DNA from: Bdellovibrionota bacterium
GTDB taxonomy: Bacteria > Bdellovibrionota_C > UBA2361 > JBIKWN01
Assembly (NCBI GenBank): GCA_044356295.1
Contig: JBIKWN010000122.1
Span: 1 to 56,388 of the forward strand
Direction: 5' to 3'
DNA: 56,388 nucleotides
This document shows, piece by piece, positions 38,692 through 48,572 of the stretch. Positions within the stretch are counted from its first letter, which is position 1. Each line of letters starts with the position of its first letter. Both the position numbers and the translations under genes were made by a program. Under the pieces are notes generated by a model. The model was not told where the DNA came from and did not search any database. It saw only the letters and a program-made list of their open reading frames with translations.

Positions 38692-38946
38692 TTATATATC
38701 TTCTACATTTACATGCTCTTCTATATTATATAACACATTTAATTGTTTTGCGCAAGCAGTATGAGCATCTTTCATTGTAGGAAAGGGGCCCTCTTGATAC
38801 ATTAGACCTCCAAAGAATATGGTGTAGTAGTATTGTTTATTTCCCAGTCTATGTACATGCTGATAATAAGACTGTTGAGGACTAAGCTTAGTAGTCAGAT
38901 GACTATTGCCTGGAGATATATTGTTAATTGGATACGTAGTCAGCAT
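38692..38946 (-). CDS. Hypothetical protein
   Basis: 84-aa ORF in the operon. Confidence 0.45.
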   Translation of the reverse strand: MLTTYPINNISPGNSHLTTKLSPQQSYYQHVHRLGNKQYYYTIFFGGLMYQEGPFPTMKDAHTACAKQLNVLYNIEEHVNVEDI

Positions 38947-39020
38947 AGATACAGTAGGCGCCTTACTTTGATTAGTTCTTTGTTAGACTTAGTCTTTTTG
39001 AGCCACCAAACAGAGATCAT
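38940..39020 (-). CDS. Putative 26-aa basic peptide, absent from the ORF track
   Basis: MISVWWLKKTKSNKELIKVRRLLYLC*, with an ATGA overlap with the upstream stop and a stop overlapping the next start. Confidence 0.4.
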   Translation of the reverse strand: MISVWWLKKTKSNKELIKVRRLLYLC

Positions 39021-39433
39021 TTGCTTCTTAGTTGTAGCAGTTGATTAAGCATATTTAATGCGGCTATGTTGTCTTCTAAGTCTACATAGACTGCATTGTC
39101 ATCTTCTTCAATCTTTAGATATAAAAGTCTTCTTCCATCTGTAGGATGTGTTGTATTTAAAGGAACAGCTTCATATAGCGATGAAGATACTTTAAATGTT
39201 CTACTGAAGGTACAACTACAAGTACTATCCATAATTCGCACTATTAGATAGTGTCCTGTAGCATCAGAGTACTTTTCAACTACTGTCGCATTACCTGTTA
39301 GTATTGGCTTTTTAGATTGAAGATAAAAGCTTTGCTTGCTTGATAAGGGGGTTGAATTAACTGCAGTAGAAGTACAGTAAAAAGATACAAATAGAAGAAG
39401 AGGTAATACTGTATTAACAAGTTTTATATACAT
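39017..39433 (-). CDS. Hypothetical exported/membrane protein
   Basis: N-terminal hydrophobic signal-like segment 'LVNTVLPLLLFVSFYC'. Confidence 0.5.
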   Translation of the reverse strand: MYIKLVNTVLPLLLFVSFYCTSTAVNSTPLSSKQSFYLQSKKPILTGNATVVEKYSDATGHYLIVRIMDSTCSCTFSRTFKVSSSLYEAVPLNTTHPTDGRRLLYLKIEEDDNAVYVDLEDNIAALNMLNQLLQLRSK

Positions 39434-40062
39434 GAGTTATTAGATGTGTTGGATAGTACGTTGTCGTGATTAGACTGCCACGTAGTATTAGCAAAGCCTA
39501 ATCTCTTGCAGTAGTGTCTAAACTCTGCCGAAGTCCATTTACTTAACACGTTAAGCAGTTCAATTTGCTGTTCATACATAGGGCGCTTAATGTCTACAAT
39601 AGCACTAACATCTGTCCACTTAACAAAGGCAGACTCAGTTATTCTAATCCAAGCTTCAAACACACACCACTTAGCACTTACTAAATCTCCGCCAGGTAAG
39701 TAGAACTCTGTAGGCTCCAGATCCTTTTCTAGTTCTGCAATTCTAGTAAACAGTCTATTAATAACGTTAGCCGTATTAATAGTGTATGTAGCGTGCTTAG
39801 GTGTAAATATCATAGCTCCAATGTTATTGCAGCAGTGTTGTATATCAGTAAGAGTAATATACTCAACAGAGTCCTTAAGATAATTAATCTTTAGTTCTCC
39901 TGCTAAAGCGCTAATCATCTGTACATAGCCTTGTACCTGAACACTAATATGTCCTTTAGATAGGCTTATAGAAAGGCCATCTTCTCCATTATGAGCATGA
40001 GTTTGTCCTTTGCTGCCCCTACCAATAATTGCGCCAGGAACAATTCTGTTATTCTTAGTCAT
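39424..40062 (-). CDS. Hypothetical protein
   Basis: 212-aa ORF. Confidence 0.55.
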   Translation of the reverse strand: MTKNNRIVPGAIIGRGSKGQTHAHNGEDGLSISLSKGHISVQVQGYVQMISALAGELKINYLKDSVEYITLTDIQHCCNNIGAMIFTPKHATYTINTANVINRLFTRIAELEKDLEPTEFYLPGGDLVSAKWCVFEAWIRITESAFVKWTDVSAIVDIKRPMYEQQIELLNVLSKWTSAEFRHYCKRLGFANTTWQSNHDNVLSNTSNNSCI

Positions 40063-40098
40063 TTAAGTAAAAGTGTGTAATAGTAATTGCGTTTATTC

Positions 40099-40773
40099 TT
40101 ACACATTAACAGCCTTTAACTTGTTCTTAGTTATATGACTAAGAGACCAGTGTTTATTGCGTATAGCTTGAGTAAAGCCTGGACGTACAAACTTAGCAAT
40201 ATTGTCTGTAGTGTTGATGTATTCTTCTACGTTTCTGACAATGTATCCTTCTACATCATCACTCTCAAATACTCTTAATCCATTAAACCGTCTTACTACA
40301 GCTTCACTATACATACCTCTATACAAGCAGCTTACTACCTCTATACCTAAGCACTGAGCAATATAAACAGTATCTTGCCAAGATAGACATTGCTGTAAAT
40401 CCCAAGCACTATGCAGATAAAAATAGTGTCTAAGATTACTGTACTTAATAGTATGTTGCGCATACATATTCTCTCCTACTAAACGTAGACTAGGCCATAC
40501 AGTTAGTAGTTGTTTATATGAGTCACTATAAACAATAGTTTGCCACCAGCCATATATCCAAGATCTGCATTCTGCAGAGTTATCACTATTAGTAGAGCGA
40601 GCATGAAAGCTACCATTACTGTATAGAGAAGTACTTTCTCCATCCATCTTTACAAGAACTACAATCTCTTTACCATCAAACATGTTCCTATTAGTAATAA
40701 TACGATCACTTCTGTCTAGAGATTTAGACCAAGGAAGATGCAGTATTCTAGGAGCTTTATACCTATTTTTCAT
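40099..40773 (-). CDS. ATP-dependent RNA ligase (Rnl2-like nucleotidyltransferase domain)
   Basis: 'PRILHLPWS', motif I 'KMDGE', 'LVGEN', motif IV 'EGYIVR', motif V 'AKFVR'. Confidence 0.85.
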   Translation of the reverse strand: MKNRYKAPRILHLPWSKSLDRSDRIITNRNMFDGKEIVVLVKMDGESTSLYSNGSFHARSTNSDNSAECRSWIYGWWQTIVYSDSYKQLLTVWPSLRLVGENMYAQHTIKYSNLRHYFYLHSAWDLQQCLSWQDTVYIAQCLGIEVVSCLYRGMYSEAVVRRFNGLRVFESDDVEGYIVRNVEEYINTTDNIAKFVRPGFTQAIRNKHWSLSHITKNKLKAVNV

Positions 40774-40800
40774 TTCTACTTACCTAAATGCATTAAGTTA

Positions 40801-40824
40801 AAGGGAGGTCTAAGCGCCTCCCTT
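40801..40824 (-). terminator. Hairpin/terminator
   Basis: AAGGGAGG / CCTCCCTT 8-bp stem in the intergenic gap. Confidence 0.6.
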
Positions 40825-40831
40825 CTTTACA

Positions 40832-40951
40832 TTATGAGTACCAGAAGTCCATATACAGTTCCTTGTGCATCATTAAGTATTTAATGTTTGCAAGGCTGTC
40901 TTTAAACTCCAGTACTACGTTGTTATATGTTCTGGCTTTTATTGTTCTCAT
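40832..40951 (-). CDS. Putative 39-aa protein, absent from the ORF track
   Basis: MRTIKARTYNNVVLEFKDSLANIKYLMMHKELYMDFWYS*, starting 3 nt after the nrdJ stop and ending just before the hairpin. Confidence 0.5.
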   Translation of the reverse strand: MRTIKARTYNNVVLEFKDSLANIKYLMMHKELYMDFWYS

Positions 40952-40954
40952 ACA

Positions 40955-43900
40955 TTACTTCTTAGATGGTAGAATTTGGCACATGTCTTTCTCACATGCA
41001 ACACTACCTCTATCATCTTCAAAGTCACTATTAGTGTAATACTTTCTAATTGCGTCATAGAATGTATCTATCTTTCTTCTGGTATGCATATCTGCTACCT
41101 GCTGTTCATACTCAGACTTACTAATAGGTTCAAAGGGCAGTCTAGGGAAGTTTGCATAAGAGTCAAAGCGACTTAGTAACGCTGTACTTACATAGTCCGT
41201 ATTATGTTGAATTGCTTGATAGATGCTTTCACTTAGTTCTTCAATCTCTTCTTGTCTCAGTTCAATAGTACTACTTACATTATGTTGTGAGTAGTGTTCT
41301 TGTACCTGCATAAAGAAATCAAACTGTGCCTTAGCACTAAACTTACTAATGTCTACATCAATCTCATCAGCAAACGCCGCCCAATTAACTTCTACGGGAA
41401 TCTCTACTAACCATTCAGTGCATCTAGGATCATGAGGATCATTTAACAGCTTACCATTCTCATCCGTATCTGATTGAGCAGGTACAACTGAATAGCCAAA
41501 ATCTAGACACGCTAATGCAATAGGATCATCCTTAGCAAAAGTAATACGTCTAATGTAGCGCTGAGCTTTAGGTAGATGATAGCCACAACTAGCACCCGTC
41601 AGTAGACTCTTGGTGTTGTGAGATTTAATAGCGCCCTGCCAATACCAGGAGTCATTATCATCTTTACCATCTACGGCATAATCATATGTATAATCCGTTG
41701 TTTCTTCTATCTTACTAATCATATAAGGTAGATCATCTACAACTAATTCTACATCTTTAGTACTCATATACTGGTAGAGCTCATTAACTGAGGGCTCATA
41801 AGACTTGTTGACATTTAATTTAAGTTCATATCCGCCTGCATTTATTTTGAATGGATACTTACTAGCTTCTATAGTATGTAGACTAAAGCATAGTCCTACT
41901 GCTTCTGCTACCTGCTGTACATTAACTGCCAGATTCTTATTAGTATGTGAATGACGTTCTAAGTATCCAGCAATAAAGGCCAGTATTGAACTCTTAGAAG
42001 AAGTTCTAACTGCTTTAGGTATATAGTCATCCGTCTTTTCATTAACTATTAAGTGGTTTAACTGTAGCCAATCTTTTAAGGCTGCAATAGCGGCAGGCGT
42101 TGCACTTGTCTTTAGCTCTCCAAATACACTTCTATACAAATTAGTTGCTCTATCTCCTCCACTTATATTGCGAATAGCATTAATAATAACCTCCTCTTCA
42201 GTGCCTGCTTTAGAAGAAGTTATATTTAGTCCTATACCCAATAGATAAGCCAATTCTGGCGACATTGTAGTGGGTAAAGTTAATGACTTAGAAGAAGGTA
42301 TAAGAGATGCTTCTTGTTCATTTTTATAAGTATATAACTTATAATCAATCTGCTGACCGACCTGCATATCCTTAGCCATAATCCAATTACCAGAAATGCT
42401 TAGTCTATGATTAGGCGTCATAGTTATTTGACGTCCATTATTAAGAGTAATACGCACTAACTGCATTAGATTATTAGCAATACCAGAAGTTACAGCAATC
42501 CCATCTCTTACGGTTAACTGTTGTTGCTCTAAATTGTATTCTCCTCCATTAGCTTCCATATGTTCATGTGCCATAAGAATACCCTTATCAAACACACGTA
42601 CTGCTTCTTTAGTAAGGCACCCGGCTGGTTGAACGGTAGTAATTCTATTAGGTATTCTCAAGCCATTGCGTTCACAATAAGTAGCTACTGCCTTTACAGC
42701 TACATCTCTCCAGTGAGATAAGTACCACTTTTCCATCTCACTAAACATAGCGCTTGTAATACTTGTAGCGCCTTGCATAAGCTTACTCTTATATGAATTA
42801 ACAATAACCATTAATTCACTAGGAAAGGCTAAAGTAAACAGTCTAGAGTTGATGTTAATAATGTCACTATCTAAGCTTCTGCCTTCTTTCCACCATAACA
42901 GCCACTCAGCACCAAACGCATTAACGAAGAAGTCAAATAGACCTGTAAAGGATACTCCTACAATAGGATCAATCTCTCTGCTGTATCTAAACTTCTCATC
43001 ATCAAATGTATGCTGCAGTAGTGACGCAGTAATAAGTCCACCAGCCTCAAACGCTTCATCCTGCTCTCTAATGTTAAAAGGATCTAACTGATTAAGATGC
43101 ACTTCACTTAAGTTGCAGTTACCAGTTAACGTATTACCAAAGACCGCCTTATGATTAAATGGCTCCTCAAAACAGTAAGTGTCATATAGTCCTTCTAACT
43201 CTGTAATGGATAGAATAAAAGCATCCTGCTCTCTATTATTAACACACACAGGACGGGTTAGTATCTGTGTAGGCAGTTCTGCATAACTATTAAAGGCTAC
43301 GTATGCAGTATTTAGTCCGCCTACACTAATAGAGGACTTAATTCCTACCTTAGTCAGTAGTAACTGCACTATTCTTGCCAGCTCTTCTCCAGCCACTTTA
43401 ATGCGCATGACATTAGAGAGATTATTTGTAGGATCTCCGTCAATAAGTCCTGCAATTAGATAAAGTACTGCCTGTCTAGACCAGCTAAATGGCTTTAGAC
43501 TTGCCAATAGATTATCCAAGTAGTTCTTATTAATGCCTGTATCTATACCTCTATCCGTCTTAACACCTAACAACTCTGGACTGTTTAAAAGAGTATTAAC
43601 CGTATTATTAGTAATTACTGCTGACACAGTTGATAGGGCCATTAAGGAACCACTTGTCTCTTGTATATTAGATGCAGTATAACCATTACTTAATGCATAG
43701 CCACAAGTGTATGCAAAGTCATAAGGTACTTCTTCACCTTCTTCTGTATTAATAGTAAAAGGCTCAGTAAACAGCTTATACTTACTAAAGCTTAATAAGT
43801 CTTTAGTTGGCAGCTTACTGTACTCCGCTTGAAATCTAGTCTTTACATAGAAGTTATGATTCTCTGTTACATCTAAGTAAGAACCATCATTGAACTGAAC

Positions 43901-46594
43901 TCTGTACAGCTTTCTATTGCTGCCCGTCTTAATGGGAGTAACTGTAGACCATCTATCTCCATTCCATACTTCAATAGGCACGCCTACTACGTCTTTAATC
44001 TTAACTAAGTTGTTACGGGTAATGATGGGAGTATTACCATCAACACACATGAAGTTACTACCTAAAATCTCATAACAAGGATTGGCTCTCCATCTATCTA
44101 CTCTGTGTTGTAGCTCTTTATCTGTTAGATTAGGATTTAGTTCCTTCAAGTATCTCTTAGCAGCTTCAATGTCTGCTAGATACAGATCATGAAATAAGTC
44201 TTTCTTCTTCTTAGTGTTAAGCAGATCCGCATTACATCTAATAACGGCAGTAGGTGCATAACCAATTGCGCCTTCTCCAGAGAAGAACTGTTTAGTTACT
44301 GCTTCTACTACTTCCTGTTTAGAGGGCTTAGTTTGATACATGCGAGTATGATTAGCCATACGCAGACAATTCTTTTCTGGATCAATGCTCCAATTACCAT
44401 CTTTGTCTACTGTCCAGAGATTATCCTTTAGTCCACCAAATACTACATCGTCACTAGAGCCCTGCATTAATTCTGCACTGTTATGAGTTAGATAACCATC
44501 ACAATAGAAGCAGTGAGCTTCTTCTACTTCAATATCATACGTCTGAATAGAGTTGTATGATCCTAAAGCTTTAAAGGTTACAGGAATATCTAGATCAAGT
44601 TCTTGATGTGTTAGAAGGCGTTCATATGTGCAATTAGCTGCTTTATCCGTACTAAACCCCATAGATTTAATCTGGTTATATGTGTAGCTATTGCGCATCA
44701 TGTCACCAGTAAATGTAAAGCTCTCATTCTTTGTAGCTTCTTTAATAAAGCCTTTAGCAGAATGAGGAGCAATAAGAGTATTAAATCTGTTCTTGAATGC
44801 AGGTAGAGTTACAAGATGTTTAATCTGCCAAGAAGTGTTTGTAGAAGATACCAGCTTTACTCTAGTTACAATACCAAGACTAGACATTAGTACAGATATT
44901 TGATCTGCAAAGTTTTTGTATACAGTGCATACAAGTTGTACAGGTCGTGTTCTTAGGCTACCATCACTATCAAATAAACCTGCTAAGTATGCAGAACGCA
45001 CATCAATAGTACTTTGTAGGATAAAAGTTGGAACCTCTAAAGGTACGTTGGGCTGCTTAATATGTTGATAAAAGTATTCAGCTAAGCGAACTGAGCTGCA
45101 GACTGATCTAAGTGTGTTTTCTTTATTACAGACAGTATGTCTAGCCTTTAGACCAAATGCATTCAAAGCGCGATCAATCTTTTCACACAAAACCTTAGAC
45201 AGTTCTAGTTCTGAGGAGTTCATTGACCAGCTAACAGAACCATAAGGCTTATCATACTTATTACGTCCTAAAGCTACATAGCCATTACCATGAGTAAATC
45301 CAATTAACCACGCAACTTCAGGAGTTAATGTGGGAATAGTAATAGACTTTGCAGTGTGACTATAATTAGGACGCTTCTTAGTATTGTCTAAGGGTAACTC
45401 TGTAGTTGTTCCAGAAAGAATCTTGTTTGTGTGTACCAATCTATCATTTTCTGATAAGTCACATACCTTCTTCCATTGTATAGAACCAGAAGCATCAGTA
45501 AATACTGCAACGCGATGATTTAAAGTTGCACGAGGGTTACCAGCATTAGTTTCAAGCTCATAAACGTCTTGTACACCTTGATCAAACTTATTTAAGACTT
45601 TTCTAAATCCCAAAGGAGTCTGAACCAGGTCACCAATCTGTACATCTTTAATTGCAACTAGTCCCTTAGATGTGTGTACTAACGCATCTTCAGGAAGACA
45701 TCTACGTACATTGCCCGCTACTGTTGCTTTAGCTTCTACGCCATAAAGCCATGCAGCTAAGAAGGAGTCCCATTCTCTACCTACATACTTATTACACATG
45801 TTTACCGTATCTTTAAATAGATTAGGTAAATCCTTTGGATTAGCAACGCCACCAAATCCCTTAATAGGTGTGCCCTTTTTACGAGGATTAGTTAGATCAA
45901 CAGTTAAGTCTACATGGTAGTTAATGTCTACCTTATCTGCTCTATTCCCATCTACGTACAAAGCATATTGATTGTTCTTATTATTTCTAACAGGATTAAC
46001 AGTGTTAGTAAATACGTTTAACAGAGCTAAGAAGCCTGTAGTCCAGCCCTCTCTAGTGTCTGCTACTGTAATACTTACTTGTTTCTGCTTAGTGTTAACA
46101 CGTACTTCAGTGGTTTGTAGCGGAAACACAGCACTACCAATCATGTGATCTGGAGTAATGTCTACTAACTTTACATTATTAACCATCTTTGGTAGTTTAC
46201 TAAGCTCTTCTGTTGTAATAGAAGCGCCTACTCCACATCCCTGCATCAAGAAGTTAAAAGCTCTAGCAATATCTTCTAGCTCTTCTGTCTTCATACCAAT
46301 ACAGTTATATGCCGCATAATAGTTCTTTGGCTTATCTAAGAACTCCATGCCTCCAACCCACAGCCATCTACCAGACATTAGAGTCTTTAGACTATATAGC
46401 TTCTCTCTAATAAGCTGCTGTTCTTTTGTAGTGTAATTGCCTAGTTTAAATAGGCCTCTTAAGCATCTTTCAAAGACTTCATTTACGCTCTCCTTTGTTA
46501 CGGAGCTGTCAATTCTACTTCTACTATACGTTCTATAGAAGGTGGGATCTCCCGTATTAGCAGGAAATACTACAGATACGTTATTGTCTAACAT
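40955..46594 (-). CDS. nrdJ: Class II (adenosylcobalamin-dependent) ribonucleotide reductase with three inteins; mature protein about 827 aa
   Basis: 'FYRTYSR', 'SGRWLWVGG', 'AYNC', 'MQGCGVG', 'VAGNVRR|SA', 'NPCYE...|CNLSEVHL', 'TTVQPAG|TKSLL', C-terminal 'CEKDMC'. Confidence 0.95.
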   Translation of the reverse strand: MLDNNVSVVFPANTGDPTFYRTYSRSRIDSSVTKESVNEVFERCLRGLFKLGNYTTKEQQLIREKLYSLKTLMSGRWLWVGGMEFLDKPKNYYAAYNCIGMKTEELEDIARAFNFLMQGCGVGASITTEELSKLPKMVNNVKLVDITPDHMIGSAVFPLQTTEVRVNTKQKQVSITVADTREGWTTGFLALLNVFTNTVNPVRNNKNNQYALYVDGNRADKVDINYHVDLTVDLTNPRKKGTPIKGFGGVANPKDLPNLFKDTVNMCNKYVGREWDSFLAAWLYGVEAKATVAGNVRRCLPEDALVHTSKGLVAIKDVQIGDLVQTPLGFRKVLNKFDQGVQDVYELETNAGNPRATLNHRVAVFTDASGSIQWKKVCDLSENDRLVHTNKILSGTTTELPLDNTKKRPNYSHTAKSITIPTLTPEVAWLIGFTHGNGYVALGRNKYDKPYGSVSWSMNSSELELSKVLCEKIDRALNAFGLKARHTVCNKENTLRSVCSSVRLAEYFYQHIKQPNVPLEVPTFILQSTIDVRSAYLAGLFDSDGSLRTRPVQLVCTVYKNFADQISVLMSSLGIVTRVKLVSSTNTSWQIKHLVTLPAFKNRFNTLIAPHSAKGFIKEATKNESFTFTGDMMRNSYTYNQIKSMGFSTDKAANCTYERLLTHQELDLDIPVTFKALGSYNSIQTYDIEVEEAHCFYCDGYLTHNSAELMQGSSDDVVFGGLKDNLWTVDKDGNWSIDPEKNCLRMANHTRMYQTKPSKQEVVEAVTKQFFSGEGAIGYAPTAVIRCNADLLNTKKKKDLFHDLYLADIEAAKRYLKELNPNLTDKELQHRVDRWRANPCYEILGSNFMCVDGNTPIITRNNLVKIKDVVGVPIEVWNGDRWSTVTPIKTGSNRKLYRVQFNDGSYLDVTENHNFYVKTRFQAEYSKLPTKDLLSFSKYKLFTEPFTINTEEGEEVPYDFAYTCGYALSNGYTASNIQETSGSLMALSTVSAVITNNTVNTLLNSPELLGVKTDRGIDTGINKNYLDNLLASLKPFSWSRQAVLYLIAGLIDGDPTNNLSNVMRIKVAGEELARIVQLLLTKVGIKSSISVGGLNTAYVAFNSYAELPTQILTRPVCVNNREQDAFILSITELEGLYDTYCFEEPFNHKAVFGNTLTGNCNLSEVHLNQLDPFNIREQDEAFEAGGLITASLLQHTFDDEKFRYSREIDPIVGVSFTGLFDFFVNAFGAEWLLWWKEGRSLDSDIININSRLFTLAFPSELMVIVNSYKSKLMQGATSITSAMFSEMEKWYLSHWRDVAVKAVATYCERNGLRIPNRITTVQPAGCLTKEAVRVFDKGILMAHEHMEANGGEYNLEQQQLTVRDGIAVTSGIANNLMQLVRITLNNGRQITMTPNHRLSISGNWIMAKDMQVGQQIDYKLYTYKNEQEASLIPSSKSLTLPTTMSPELAYLLGIGLNITSSKAGTEEEVIINAIRNISGGDRATNLYRSVFGELKTSATPAAIAALKDWLQLNHLIVNEKTDDYIPKAVRTSSKSSILAFIAGYLERHSHTNKNLAVNVQQVAEAVGLCFSLHTIEASKYPFKINAGGYELKLNVNKSYEPSVNELYQYMSTKDVELVVDDLPYMISKIEETTDYTYDYAVDGKDDNDSWYWQGAIKSHNTKSLLTGASCGYHLPKAQRYIRRITFAKDDPIALACLDFGYSVVPAQSDTDENGKLLNDPHDPRCTEWLVEIPVEVNWAAFADEIDVDISKFSAKAQFDFFMQVQEHYSQHNVSSTIELRQEEIEELSESIYQAIQHNTDYVSTALLSRFDSYANFPRLPFEPISKSEYEQQVADMHTRRKIDTFYDAIRKYYTNSDFEDDRGSVACEKDMCQILPSKK
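41615..42619 (-). mobile_element. NrdJ intein 3 (335 aa), degenerate endonuclease
   Basis: CLTKEAV...'MTPNHRL'...IKSHN|Thr; 'LAYLLG' and 'AFIAGYLE' remnants lack the catalytic DG. Confidence 0.9.
43118..44047 (-). mobile_element. NrdJ intein 2 (310 aa), penultimate Gly, partly degenerate LAGLIDADG
   Basis: CVDGNTPII...'VTENHNF'...TLTGN|Cys; 'LIAGLIDGD'. Confidence 0.9.
44480..45700 (-). mobile_element. NrdJ intein 1 (407 aa) with LAGLIDADG homing endonuclease
   Basis: CLPEDALVHT...YLTHN|Ser; 'AWLIGFTHGNG' and 'AYLAGLFDSDGS'. Confidence 0.92.
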
Positions 46595-46640
46595 ACTTCT
46601 CTAATGTAAATGTGTTGTTTTGTATTAACTACCCATTAAA

Positions 46641-46678
46641 GCACAGTAACTCTCTATCTAGTAGAGCGGTTACTGTGC
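46641..46678 (-). terminator. Hairpin/terminator upstream of nrdJ
   Basis: GCACAGTAAC (46641-50) / GTTACTGTGC (46669-78), extended by CTCTA/TAGAG. Confidence 0.65.
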
Positions 46679-46689
46679 ATATATCTTTT

Positions 46690-47034
46690 CTATTCAGCGA
46701 CTACTTTATAGTCAACTTCTTGTGGTACGTAAGGCACCAACATCTGCACCTGCTTCCAATTACGTTGTAGTACAGCATCAAGCACTTTTGCAGTATCTAC
46801 TCCTATGCGCTTAAGAGCCAACTTAACTGCTTGAACGCCTACTCCCTTAACACGTAGCTTATTATTACCTAAACTAGTAACTTTAAACTTCTTTGTCCAG
46901 ATCTCATCCGCAGAAGTAAGAATTGCAGTGTTACGCTTTAAGAAACGCAGATGCTGCTTCTTAATGCGCTCATCATCTTTATACTCTGTCTTCTTAACTC
47001 TATTACTAGTTGTACCTGCTTTAGGTTTACCCAC
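46690..47034 (-). CDS. Small basic hypothetical protein
   Basis: 114 aa, Lys/Arg-rich, GTG start with AGGA upstream. Confidence 0.55.
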   Translation of the reverse strand: MGKPKAGTTSNRVKKTEYKDDERIKKQHLRFLKRNTAILTSADEIWTKKFKVTSLGNNKLRVKGVGVQAVKLALKRIGVDTAKVLDAVLQRNWKQVQMLVPYVPQEVDYKVVAE

Positions 47035-47083
47035 TTCAGTTCATCCTATTAAACTACTTACGTTAAACATTAATAAACTCACA

Positions 47084-47566
47084 TTAAATAAGGCTTGCAC
47101 CGTATATAGCAATACATATAGCGTCTGCCTGTCCATCATTCTTAGCACCGTACTGTTTAGTAAATACTAAGCTTTTTCTTTTACTGGGCTTTAGTCTTAC
47201 AGGAGTTAGAGGATCTACTACTCCCTTTAAAAGTGTGTTCTGCCATGTAACTGCACTGACTTCAGTTATCTTATACTTATTTGCATAAAGTAATCCTAGT
47301 AATATGCCATAGTTCTTTAAGGTAGTTAGCGCTGCCTTGTTACCGTCTCTATTAGTAATAGTCTGATTCTCAATATAGACTACATCTGTTAAACCAGACC
47401 ATTTACTAAGTGTAGCTAAGATCAATACAGGATCAAGTATCTTCTTACTTGTCTTGGGAATCTTCTTTATTGGCATATCTATTACCTGCTCTACTGTTTG
47501 AGTTGTATTGTTATACAGACACAAAGCGCCACTTAATCCTGGATCAATAGCTACGGTATATTGCAT
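47084..47566 (-). CDS. ruvC: RuvC-like Holliday junction resolvase
   Basis: 'AIDPGLSGA', 'VYIENQ', 'NYGILLG', 'DGQADAICIA'. Confidence 0.85.
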   Translation of the reverse strand: MQYTVAIDPGLSGALCLYNNTTQTVEQVIDMPIKKIPKTSKKILDPVLILATLSKWSGLTDVVYIENQTITNRDGNKAALTTLKNYGILLGLLYANKYKITEVSAVTWQNTLLKGVVDPLTPVRLKPSKRKSLVFTKQYGAKNDGQADAICIAIYGASLI

Positions 47567-47621
47567 ACAAATACGGAGAAGTTATTTAATATGTTGTATT
47601 TTGTAGCATTATAGCGTAATT

Positions 47622-48569
47622 GTGTCTAGGTTCCTCTTCTTTCCTGCATCTAGTTATAGTTGGCAGGACTTACCAGTGCAGAGCATTTTATGTGGCAGTC
47701 CGAGATATGCCATTATCAATCCCATCAGTACTGCTACTAGTTACTTGTGGGAGCAGTTAGAGCCAGATCCATTAGTATCTCCTGTTACTATTCTTCCTAA
47801 CAATACAAGTAAAGACATAACTGTACTGTTACCTAACAGTATTAATAGTTACGTACTACTTAGAGTAACTTTAAACGGTAGAACAAATGAGCCAAAGTAT
47901 GTAACTATCAATCCTCTTCTTGAAGAGTTCATTAAACACTTTAACAAGAGCAGCTCTCACTCTGCTTCTATAGACAATACTCTCAATAATCCAGTACCAA
48001 TAAACTTGGCGCCTATTCCCTTATTAGGTCCAACGGCTCAGTACATTAATAGTTCTTCTCCATTAATAGGAATAAGGCTTAATAGTCAATCCTATAGAAC
48101 TGGCTACACTAAAGGCGTAACAGTAAATTCAACTTATGTGCCTTTTAACTTTAGTCTTTACAATATCCCTAATGAGACAAGAACAGAGATCAGTCCTAAT
48201 ACTTTATTTACCGTATTAAAGGATTGGATAAATGTAAAAGTCTTCTCTCAATCTATTGTTCCTATAGCTACTCAAGTTAATATTGCGTATCCATCAGTAA
48301 TAGCGGATGATTACATAAGTAACTTGAGTAAAGGCAGTACTATAGCTTTATTAAATAGACAGCCTTATTCTGTATCCAACTTATTTATGTATGATGATGA
48401 GCTTAATAATGTATTGTCCAAATCCAATACAACTACTGCACAGCTTACTAGAACTCCCTATAGCGTACTTAATCAGAATCATTTAGACGGCTTAGTTAAT
48501 AACTTTACTAAGGGTAACACCTTCTTCTCCTTTATAAGAACACCGTATTCATCAAATATAGTTGGCTAA
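47622..48569 (+). CDS. Hypothetical virion/tail-associated protein
   Basis: 315 aa, Ser/Thr/Asn/Pro-rich, co-oriented with the following tail-like gene. Confidence 0.5.
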   Translation: MSRFLFFPASSYSWQDLPVQSILCGSPRYAIINPISTATSYLWEQLEPDPLVSPVTILPNNTSKDITVLLPNSINSYVLLRVTLNGRTNEPKYVTINPLLEEFIKHFNKSSSHSASIDNTLNNPVPINLAPIPLLGPTAQYINSSSPLIGIRLNSQSYRTGYTKGVTVNSTYVPFNFSLYNIPNETRTEISPNTLFTVLKDWINVKVFSQSIVPIATQVNIAYPSVIADDYISNLSKGSTIALLNRQPYSVSNLFMYDDELNNVLSKSNTTTAQLTRTPYSVLNQNHLDGLVNNFTKGNTFFSFIRTPYSSNIVG

Positions 48570-48572
48570 TTT

